Shown one piece after another: positions 17,919 to 25,448 of a stretch of DNA of 38,730 nt (within the stretch, counting starts at the first letter, position 1; each line of letters opens with the position of its first letter). Position numbers and translations under genes: made by a program. This DNA comes from an uncultured Candidatus Bathyarchaeia archaeon (GTDB taxonomy: Archaea > Thermoproteota > Bathyarchaeia > TCS64). The DNA is taken from the NCBI GenBank assembly GCA_964347405.1, contig CAYFYM010000055.1, positions 1 to 38,730 on the forward strand, written 5' to 3'. Below the pieces are notes generated by a model that had not been told where the DNA came from, ran no database searches, and saw only the letters and a list, made by a program, of their open reading frames with translations.

Positions 17919-19118
17919 TTGGTTAAAACACTGGAAGAGCTAGCATTCAGCGACATAGACGCGTTGGTTAGGAAAGACGTTCAGACGTTCAAGCCCCAGG
18001 ATAAGGTCTCCAAGGTTCTAGGGGAGCTATACGAATCGAGCCACTACGAAGCCTTGGTGGAGGACAACGGCAAGTACGGCCTCGTCACTGTGAGGGATCT
18101 CTTGGTGGTCCAGCAGCCCGCCCAGACGACCATAGGCGGCTACCCGAAGGACAGGTGGAGCATATACAGGTCGGTGTCCGCTGAAGACAGCGTGCTGGAC
18201 GTGAGCGAGATATTGATAGAGCACAAGGTGAGGGCTTTACCCGTGGTCGATGACGGCTCAGCGTCTGGAATCATCTGCCAGGTAGAGCTTGTTGACGCCT
18301 TGACGGAGGTGGATGAGCTGTCAGGCATCCCGGCGAAGGACGTCATGGTCCTTCCCGTCGTCACAATGGACGCCAATGAGCCTGTCGCGCGGGCGAGGAA
18401 ACAGATGATGGAAGCCGGCTTCAGCCACGTACCCGTGATAAGGGAGGGGAAGCTGGTCGGTGTCGTGACCGCGAAGGACGTGGCCACGATCTATGGTAGA
18501 CCCATAGGCGCAACGACCACCGGCGACTTGGTCGGGGAAAAGGTACCCAGATACGTGGGTGTCCTCGGGGACATAATGGATAAACATCCGGTCACTGTTT
18601 CCTCAGACTCCAGCGCTTTGGAGGTGGCTAAGAAGATCAGCGAACACAGGAAAGGATGCTGCCTCGTATTGAAAGACGAAATGGTCGTCGGCATAGTCAC
18701 CCCCAGAGAGCTGCTGTCGCCCCTCCTCCAGTTCAGGGCCCCCGAAGAGGAGCTAATCGCGTATATTACTGGGTTAGACGAAGCGATGGACTTTTTGGAT
18801 AAATCCGTCGTGGAGAGCAAGGTGATGAGGGTGGTCAGGAGGGCTCGGAGGATTCACCCCCACCTCTCGGAGGCGGGCGTGAACATAAAGACCTCCAGGG
18901 CGAGGGGGAACAGGAAACGGTACGAAGTGGACGTCAACGTCTACAGCAAGGCCACGGATGAACGGTTCCACCTCAAGAAGGAGGGCTGGGACCCCTACAA
19001 CCTGTTCGACGAGTTGAGTGAGGCTCTTGACAGGGTTCTGAGGGAGTCGAAGCACGAGCCCAGGGGCGAGTCCAGGACCCAGAAAAGGATAAGGTTCTCC
19101 CTGAGAAGGAAGCCCTAG
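17919..19118 (+). CDS. Four-CBS-domain protein with a C-terminal HPF/RaiA-like (ribosome-hibernation-factor-like) domain
   Basis: TTG start 31 nt after aaGGTTATAAG (17878-17890). Four CBS-type repeats (..GLVTVRDLL, ..GIICQVELV, ..GVVTAKDV, ..GIVTPRELL). Residues ~278-380 follow the beta-alpha-beta-beta-beta-alpha pattern of HPF (see findings). Confidence 0.8.
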   Translation: MVKTLEELAFSDIDALVRKDVQTFKPQDKVSKVLGELYESSHYEALVEDNGKYGLVTVRDLLVVQQPAQTTIGGYPKDRWSIYRSVSAEDSVLDVSEILIEHKVRALPVVDDGSASGIICQVELVDALTEVDELSGIPAKDVMVLPVVTMDANEPVARARKQMMEAGFSHVPVIREGKLVGVVTAKDVATIYGRPIGATTTGDLVGEKVPRYVGVLGDIMDKHPVTVSSDSSALEVAKKISEHRKGCCLVLKDEMVVGIVTPRELLSPLLQFRAPEEELIAYITGLDEAMDFLDKSVVESKVMRVVRRARRIHPHLSEAGVNIKTSRARGNRKRYEVDVNVYSKATDERFHLKKEGWDPYNLFDELSEALDRVLRESKHEPRGESRTQKRIRFSLRRKP

Positions 19119-19226
19119 CCACTCCCAAGGTGATCGACCACGGTAACCCCCATAGGCATCTTCCTTTTCTTTTCAACCATCATCCTCATCGGCTATTTCA
19201 GCAACATCATATACACTCGAACAGGC

Positions 19227-20381
19227 GTGCCGGACCTCATATGGCTGCTTGTCTTCGGGTTGATCCTCGGCCCCGTGCTGAACCTGGTGGACAGGAGTAT
19301 CTTCATCGAGATCTCGCCGGTAATCAGCGTCGCCACCATCATACTGATCACCTTCGAGGCGGGGACCGACATCGACTACGAGACGCTCAAGTCTGTGCTC
19401 CCCACCACGATTGTCCTCAGCGTCTTCACGTTCACGTTAATCACGGTGGGGACTGGCCTGGTCACGCCCAGACTATTCCCGGGGCTGGGCTTCACCGAGT
19501 CCCTGATGCTGGGCACCTTCCTAGGCGGCATAAGCACCGTAGCCGTCATGAGCGCCATGGATAAACTGTCGATAGTCTTCGAGGACATCACGGAGTCCCG
19601 GCTCATCCTCTACCTGGAGTCCACCATAGTGGACCCCATCCGCGTCATGACCGCCATAGCGCTGATCAGGATCATGCTGCGCAGCGAGGTCCTCCCGCGT
19701 GAAATCTTCAAGGAGATCGTCTTCGTGTTCCTCGCCGGGGCCGTCGTCGGGCTCCTGTCGGGGGTCCTCTGGATGATGGTCCTCCACAGGCTCAGGAACC
19801 TACCCAACAACTACATGGTGACCGTCGCCGTGCTCCTGCAGGTCTACTACCTCGCCGAGATGGTGGCCGGGGACGGGGGAGGAACCATGGCCTGCTTCAC
19901 CTTCGGCTTCGCGCTAGCCAACCACAGACTGATAGGTAGAAGGCTCGGGTTCCGCCCGTTGATCAACATCAAGCGCCTCGTCCAGGTGAACGACGAGATC
20001 AGCTTCGTGTTGAAGTCCTACTACTTCGTGTACACCGGGATCATAGCCTCGCTGTCGCCCAGGTTTCTGGCCGTGGGGGCGGCGCTCACCGTTTTGATAA
20101 TCGCGCTGCGGTTCCTCTCCGCCGAGTTGACGGGGGTCTTCACCGATCTCGGGGGCAGGGAGCTCAGGATCACCAGCCTGGTCTACCCGCTGGGGACGTC
20201 TGCCTTCGTTTTCTCGCAGCTCCCCTCCATATACGAACCGGGTGGACAGGTCATCCAGAACCCTGACCTGTACTCGAACATTGTCTTCCCCGTCGTGCTG
20301 GGGACCATACTCTTCACGGCTTTGCTGGTTCCACGCATTCTGGGGCATGCTTTGGAACAAGATGACGATGAATCCATGTGA
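19227..20381 (+). CDS. Cation/proton antiporter (CPA1/NhaP-like Na+/H+ exchanger). The annotated 5' end is probably incomplete.
   Basis: 384-aa polytopic protein, N-terminus PDLIWLLVFGLILGPVLN. The same frame stays open and hydrophobic back to 19134 without any ATG/GTG/TTG (see findings). Confidence 0.8.
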   Translation: MPDLIWLLVFGLILGPVLNLVDRSIFIEISPVISVATIILITFEAGTDIDYETLKSVLPTTIVLSVFTFTLITVGTGLVTPRLFPGLGFTESLMLGTFLGGISTVAVMSAMDKLSIVFEDITESRLILYLESTIVDPIRVMTAIALIRIMLRSEVLPREIFKEIVFVFLAGAVVGLLSGVLWMMVLHRLRNLPNNYMVTVAVLLQVYYLAEMVAGDGGGTMACFTFGFALANHRLIGRRLGFRPLINIKRLVQVNDEISFVLKSYYFVYTGIIASLSPRFLAVGAALTVLIIALRFLSAELTGVFTDLGGRELRITSLVYPLGTSAFVFSQLPSIYEPGGQVIQNPDLYSNIVFPVVLGTILFTALLVPRILGHALEQDDDESM

Positions 20382-20453
20382 TGGGGGCGCCTGAACCTGC
20401 ACTTCATGACTGCACAGACCCGGAAAAACACGTTATTTTAAGGAGAAACCCTA

Positions 20454-20667
20454 AGGTTTATATGAAATGTCTATTATACATTATTTGCTCGAATTGAAGC
20501 GCCCTAAGGTCTAAGAAGCGGACGGCCTTGAGACGCTGAGCACTGAGATGGGCTTCAAAGAGCATCTGGGCTTTGGCGCTGATGAAAACTTCATCTCCAC
20601 GCGAGAACATTCGGGCACTTTCCATTTTACACAAAAGTTATGGGTTCATCGAAGATCCCGTGAACCC
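20454..20667 (+). repeat. Copy B of the promoter-bearing ~215-bp element (candidate small RNA gene), plus orientation
   Basis: aaGGTTTATATGA (20454-20466) lies 35 nt before core 20498-20621. It is followed by a T4 run and a hairpin gggttca/tgaaccc (20642-20667). This is the inverted partner of copy A. Confidence 0.85.
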
Positions 20668-20679
20668 GGTAAAAAACCT

Positions 20680-20874
20680 CTAGTCGTAACGCCTGTCTAG
20701 TATTTTCCGTGCCTTCTCTATTCCTATAAGGTCCTTTAGCTTCTTGTCCAGATCCTCGCCCTCGTACTCTGACATCAAATCCCTCGCCAGCTCCCGCACG
20801 TCGGGGCTGAGATCCTTTAGAAGCTCGTTTATCCTTCTCTCCCTGTCTGGATCCGGCTTCGATAGGCTCCCCAT
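20680..20874 (-). CDS. Hypothetical small charged protein (64 aa)
   Basis: ORF 31 nt downstream of the ferredoxin gene on the same strand. No family recognised. Confidence 0.45.
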   Translation of the reverse strand: MGSLSKPDPDRERRINELLKDLSPDVRELARDLMSEYEGEDLDKKLKDLIGIEKARKILDRRYD

Positions 20875-20905
20875 ATTCGATCGTTGATTAAGCAGTAAAT
20901 ATGTT

Positions 20906-21199
20906 TTATAAAGATTCTAACGTCCTTGAAGGACACGCGTAGCCCTGATACCCGTTCTTTACCTTCTTTGATGCCCCGGATAAGAGGCTCGTAGATGTCG
21001 TTATTCTTCTACCGTGATGGCCTGGGCACGCGTTCATGCAGGTCATGCATAGAATGCAGGCTTCTGGCCTGAGGGCTTCGGATTTCAACGCGCCCCCATA
21101 TGCCTCCATCGATTTTAACTCGTAAATGTTGGAGGGGCACACAGCCACGCAGTGGCCACTGCCTTCACATAACTCCAAGTCTATTGTTATCTTAGCCAT
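20906..21199 (-). CDS. 2-cluster ferredoxin with an apparently frameshifted C-terminal extension
   Basis: CEGSGHCVAVCP (second ligand replaced by Ser) and CILCMTCMNACP. After NACP an alternative frame reads AITVEE-stop (21021-21001), the canonical ferredoxin ending. Confidence 0.7.
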   Translation of the reverse strand: MAKITIDLELCEGSGHCVAVCPSNIYELKSMEAYGGALKSEALRPEACILCMTCMNACPGHHGRRITTSTSLLSGASKKVKNGYQGYACPSRTLESL

Positions 21200-21345
21200 T
21201 TTACTACAGGATTATTTGAAACATCTAATTTATACTTTAATTCAGAAAGTGCCCGGTTTATGACATTCTTATGTCAGGTGGAAACAGCGGCCTAACGATG
21301 GACCCCGTGTTCCATTATCCAGCGTGGAGAATCTAGGCTCTGTGC

Positions 21346-22314
21346 TCAGAGTAAAAACGGTAAAATCCATGAACTCAAATATAGAGCTATCAGGAGGCCC
21401 CCGGTCTTTTTATCGTTGACGCCTCTGTAAGCGAGTACGCTAACCGCTACTATATGCAGCAGGATAGAGTAGGATCCTATCAGCCGGACCTCTCTCACGT
21501 TGATCCTTAGAGGGTTAACCAAGGCTGAGAACCCCATTGCCAACGTGATGTCCACGATGCAGCTACCCACTATGTCCCCTATGGCCAGCTCGTAGTATCT
21601 CTTCCTTATCGACGACATGGCCACCACGAACTCGGGCAGGCTGGTCCCTATCGATAACGCGAAGAAGCTTATGAAGAACTCTGACACCCCAAGGATCCCA
21701 GATACCATTATCGCCGACTCCACGACGAGGTAAGATCCTATTCCAACGCCTATGAAGCTGAGCACGATCCCGAGGGCGGTCCAGGGCTTGTTTATCGAGG
21801 CTATCCTCGGGGACTCGCTCTCCTCCTCGGCGTACCTCCTGCCCCCGAAACGCCTGATCACCCAGATAGAGAAAAACCATAGCAGGACGAGCAATACGCC
21901 GTCTAGCCTGGACAAGGTTCCGTCCAGAGACAGGACGACGGCCACTGTGAGAATACCCACCTCGGTGGCCCCTAAAACGGCGAAGGGTCTAGGGATGAGC
22001 CTGCAAAACGTGCAGAAGAAGGGCATTACGCCCAGTATGAGTAGAAGCTGGGCGTTGGCTGAGCCGATGGTGTTCCCGACGGCGATTCCTCCGTGGTCTA
22101 TCAGGGCGGAGAATACCCCGTTAACTATCTCCGGGATGTCCGAGCCAATCGACGAAACTATGAATCCGATGTTGAACATCGAGACGCCGAAGTATCTGGC
22201 TAATAGAATGAGGTTCTCGACGATTATGTCTCCGCTGATGTAGAGGAGGGCGAGGCCGATTACTATGCTTACTGCCAACAGCCATGGCTGCAAAGAATCA
22301 CCATTATATATCAT
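21346..22314 (-). CDS. Ca2+/cation antiporter (CaCA/YrbG family)
   Basis: Two alpha-repeat motifs, GSDIPEIVNG and GTSLPEFVVA, in a 10-TM-like protein. Confidence 0.85.
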   Translation of the reverse strand: MIYNGDSLQPWLLAVSIVIGLALLYISGDIIVENLILLARYFGVSMFNIGFIVSSIGSDIPEIVNGVFSALIDHGGIAVGNTIGSANAQLLLILGVMPFFCTFCRLIPRPFAVLGATEVGILTVAVVLSLDGTLSRLDGVLLVLLWFFSIWVIRRFGGRRYAEEESESPRIASINKPWTALGIVLSFIGVGIGSYLVVESAIMVSGILGVSEFFISFFALSIGTSLPEFVVAMSSIRKRYYELAIGDIVGSCIVDITLAMGFSALVNPLRINVREVRLIGSYSILLHIVAVSVLAYRGVNDKKTGGLLIALYLSSWILPFLL

Positions 22315-22342
22315 AGTTCATCCGGATTTATCGTTGATAAAG

Positions 22343-22813
22343 GTGTACAGCAAGATACTGGTCCCGGTGGACGGCTCCGAGACCTCGATGAAGGCGTTCA
22401 GACACGCGATGGGCCTAGCGAAGATACATGAAGCGGAGGTGACGATGCTGACGGTGTTCGCGGAGTTCTCGTTCCCCTTCGGCGCTCAATACGATCTATG
22501 GGCCGAGGAGAGCCGCGACAACTACGTCGCAAAGGTTCTAGGGGAGATGAACGCGGCTTTACAGGAGCATGTCGATGAAGGGCTGCGGGGCTCGGTGGAT
22601 ACGAGGATCGAGTGGGGGCGCCCCGCGTCCGTGATCACCTCCATCGCCGAGGAAGAGGGCTACGACCTCATAATGATAGGGTCGAGGGGTCTGGGCAGGA
22701 TCCAGGGGATGCTACTGGGTAGCGTGAGCATGGAAGTGATCAACGCCAGCAACGTGCCGGTGCTCGTCATAAAGGCGGATGAGGGCCAGCCTCAGCCTAA
22801 GAAAAATATTTGA
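22343..22813 (+). CDS. Universal stress protein (UspA family)
   Basis: KILVPVDGSETSMKAF and GSRGLGRIQGMLLGSVSMEVINASNVPVLVIK. I prefer GTG 22343 over the track start 22265, which overlaps the divergent CaCA gene. Confidence 0.85.
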   Translation: MYSKILVPVDGSETSMKAFRHAMGLAKIHEAEVTMLTVFAEFSFPFGAQYDLWAEESRDNYVAKVLGEMNAALQEHVDEGLRGSVDTRIEWGRPASVITSIAEEEGYDLIMIGSRGLGRIQGMLLGSVSMEVINASNVPVLVIKADEGQPQPKKNI

Positions 22814-22847
22814 ACCTAACCTGCGGCGAGATGTGGCGCGACAAGCG

Positions 22848-23006
22848 TTAGAGGAGTTTATCCAGCTCCTTCTCCATGTCGCCGGACACGCCCGGAGGCC
22901 GCCAGTCGATCTGCTGGGCCTCTACTCCCTGTTCCTTGAGATCCTCGTAGAAATCTAGGAGACCCAGGTTCAATACCTTCAGTTTCTCTTCTAGGATTCT
23001 TGACAT
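22848..23006 (-). CDS. 52-aa ORF coupled to fdrA. Resembles a detached C-terminal tail of FdrA.
   Basis: The ATG at 23006 lies 1 nt after the fdrA stop (23010-23008). The sequence is MSRILEEKLKVLNLGLLDFYEDLKEQGVEAQQIDWRPPGVSGDMEKELDKLL. The track start at 23042 would overlap fdrA. Confidence 0.55.
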   Translation of the reverse strand: MSRILEEKLKVLNLGLLDFYEDLKEQGVEAQQIDWRPPGVSGDMEKELDKLL

Positions 23007-23007
23007 G

Positions 23008-24585
23008 TTACCCCTCCCTCCACGGTATCGGCATCCTCTCACGCCGGGCTATCATTCCTGCCACGGCCGATGCCTGGGCGTTACTGGGCAGCACCAGGAC
23101 CCCGGCGCGTTCAAGCTTCTCGACCTGCTCCTCGTAGCCTTGAGGGTCCTTCGACGTGCCCACCACCGACGCGACCACGGGGAGGTAGCCTCCCTCATCC
23201 TCCGCCCGTCTCTTGGCTGACTTGATGGCGTCGATGAGCGCCCCCGCCGGGTCGTCGTGAGACCCGTACCCCAGCACCACGTCGAGGAGGATGACGGCGG
23301 TCTCCGGGTCCTCCGCCTCCTTCCCTAATCTGATCTTTCTCTGCGTCGGGTCGATCATGGGGTGGGGGCGCCCCTCCACGAACTCCTCGCTCCCCATATC
23401 CACGAAGCTGTGCCCCCTGCTCTCCCTGTGGCTCTCCAGCCTGTAGTCCGGGTTGAGGGGGCTGTTGGAGTACGTGTCGCCTAGGAGCCCTCTCAGAACC
23501 ACCTGGGCCTCGGTTGCGAGGGTTCCCCCCGCGTACAGTCCCCTGACGTACCTCTGCCTCTCGGCCAGCTTCCCCCACTCCGACTCGGCCATTGAAGCCA
23601 GCTCGTCCATGTCCCAGCGATAGAACTGTTCGGTGTAGCCCTCTCCCTTCACGCTGTTCACGGTCCTCACGGCGGCCTGGTCAAGCGTCTCTGCCCAGGT
23701 GTATCCCCTCTCGACGACAAGCCCGGGGTCTCCGCTGAGGAAGTTGATGATCACCGGCTTCGAGGTGTGTGCGTTGAGGTGTTCCAAGATTTTCTCCTCG
23801 ACGCCGGGGCTCGGCGGCTTGGATACGAGCAGGATCAGCTCCGTATCGGGGTCCCCGTCGAGGAGATCGATGGCCTCCATCATCGTGGTGCCCCCTATCC
23901 GTTCGTCGAGGTCGTTTCCTCCCGTGCCGATGGCATGTGTGATCCCGACGCCCATGGACTGCATGAGGCACGTCACCTCCTGGGTCCCGGAGCCCGAGGC
24001 CGCCACTATCCCGACGGGCCCCCTGTCGACAACGTTCCCGAACCCGAGGACCTTTCCCCCGATGATGCTCGTGCCGCAATCGGGGCCCATCACCAGCAGC
24101 CCCTTCTCTTTCCCCAGCGTCTTGAGCTCCCTCTCCCTGGCGATGGGCACGTTGCTGCTGAAGATGAATAGGTTGAGCCTGCGGTCCAGACCCTCTCTGG
24201 CTTCTCTGTAGGCGTGTTCGCCGGGTATGGAGATGGATAGAAGGTTTGCTCCGGGCATGGACTCGAGGGCCGCCTCTATGCTCTTGGGGGAGTACTCCCT
24301 GTCGATGTCTCTGCGCTTGGCTGTCAGCCCCTCCTCGACCCGTTGGAGCATGTCCTCTATTTTGTCTTCCTCGGCGTCGATGCTTATTACGAGGTCGTTG
24401 GGGCCCGCGGAGTCGAGTTCGTCGCCGTACAGGTTCAGCTCCTTGAGTATCTCCTTGTTGGAGTCTGTCCCCATCACGACGGCTATTTGGTTTACCCCCG
24501 TGAACTCCTGGGCCTTCTGGGAGACCCGGAGCAGGAGCACCGAGTCGTAGTACTTCCCCGTTTTCACGATGTTCTTCTTCACCAT
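23008..24585 (-). CDS. fdrA: FdrA-like protein (succinyl-CoA-synthetase-alpha-like fold)
   Basis: 525 aa. KGLLVMGPDCGTSIIGG, VGIVAASGSGTQEV and FVEGRPHPMIDPTQR match my recollection of E. coli FdrA along its whole length. Confidence 0.85.
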   Translation of the reverse strand: MVKKNIVKTGKYYDSVLLLRVSQKAQEFTGVNQIAVVMGTDSNKEILKELNLYGDELDSAGPNDLVISIDAEEDKIEDMLQRVEEGLTAKRRDIDREYSPKSIEAALESMPGANLLSISIPGEHAYREAREGLDRRLNLFIFSSNVPIARERELKTLGKEKGLLVMGPDCGTSIIGGKVLGFGNVVDRGPVGIVAASGSGTQEVTCLMQSMGVGITHAIGTGGNDLDERIGGTTMMEAIDLLDGDPDTELILLVSKPPSPGVEEKILEHLNAHTSKPVIINFLSGDPGLVVERGYTWAETLDQAAVRTVNSVKGEGYTEQFYRWDMDELASMAESEWGKLAERQRYVRGLYAGGTLATEAQVVLRGLLGDTYSNSPLNPDYRLESHRESRGHSFVDMGSEEFVEGRPHPMIDPTQRKIRLGKEAEDPETAVILLDVVLGYGSHDDPAGALIDAIKSAKRRAEDEGGYLPVVASVVGTSKDPQGYEEQVEKLERAGVLVLPSNAQASAVAGMIARRERMPIPWREG

Positions 24586-25445
24586 ATTCTTTCCTCCATT
24601 AACTTTAACGCCGTCAGCACCCCTATGGCGAGGTCCGTGCCCGATGAATGCCCCACCCGGCAGAGCTCCTCTACGGCGTGGTCCAGCCGCCTCTGCGAGC
24701 CTGTGCGCAGAGCCGTCATCAGCTCATCCGTGTTCTCGTCCACCATGCCCAGAGCGTAGTGGCTGAGGAGGGAGCGGCTGATCTCGTTGGTCCTGTTCAC
24801 GGCTTCCCCGAGGATGCGATGCTTCAGCCCGACCTTGGCCTGGGTCAAGCCTCTCGGGGTTCTGGACAGCTCCAAGGTGGCAAGCAGCCCGCTGAGAAGG
24901 TCGTCGCCGCTGGGCGTAAGGCCTGGCCCGAGCCCCAGGAGCTTCACCGCCTCCCCGCCGCCCAGTCCGCCTGCTAGTATGTCGCTGACTATCGCCCTGG
25001 CTTTATACGAGTAGGAGTTGTCCCCTTCCCGGGCTTGGTCTGTGAACATGCTCAGCAGCGGCTTCATCCCCCCGCTTCTCCCGTGGACGATGAGAGACGC
25101 TGACAGGGTCTCGGGGCTCAGCCTCGGCTGCGTCTCCCCTGACGCGGCGGCCGGTCTCCATACGGCTGCAGAGCAGGTGTCGATTTGGGTGCCGCGGCCG
25201 ATTTGTAGGCCACCTGTTCTTAGCTGGGCTTCCTCGCCTTCCCTGAGCTTCGAGAGCGTCTCCGTGTCCTCCACCGTGATCGTGTAGGGCGTCCTCGGGA
25301 TCCGCGTTGACGAGATCGAGTAAAGTTCGCCGCCGAGGGCCAGGTTCGCCACATCGCTGAACACGCTGTGGACCGAGCCGCTGGCCCCGCGTGTGGCGGC
25401 CTCCTTGACCTTGAATCCGATGGATGTCGCCTGAAGCCTTGTCAT
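24579..25445 (-). CDS. DUF2877 (YlbF-like) protein
   Basis: 288 aa. It occupies the position between the fdrA and DUF1116 genes, as in the E. coli fdrA-ylbE-ylbF set. N-terminal ..SVHSVFSDVANLAL.. is typical of the family as I recall it. Overlaps fdrA by 7 nt. Confidence 0.65.
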   Translation of the reverse strand: MTRLQATSIGFKVKEAATRGASGSVHSVFSDVANLALGGELYSISSTRIPRTPYTITVEDTETLSKLREGEEAQLRTGGLQIGRGTQIDTCSAAVWRPAAASGETQPRLSPETLSASLIVHGRSGGMKPLLSMFTDQAREGDNSYSYKARAIVSDILAGGLGGGEAVKLLGLGPGLTPSGDDLLSGLLATLELSRTPRGLTQAKVGLKHRILGEAVNRTNEISRSLLSHYALGMVDENTDELMTALRTGSQRRLDHAVEELCRVGHSSGTDLAIGVLTALKLMEERIW

Positions 25446-25448
25446 GGG

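Noticed and set aside
21240-21275. A possible third copy of the 16.5/20.5-kb repeat (agaaagtgcccgg resembles gaaagtgcccgaatg).
   Set aside because: Only about 11 nt match and the similarity does not extend in either direction. This is compatible with chance.
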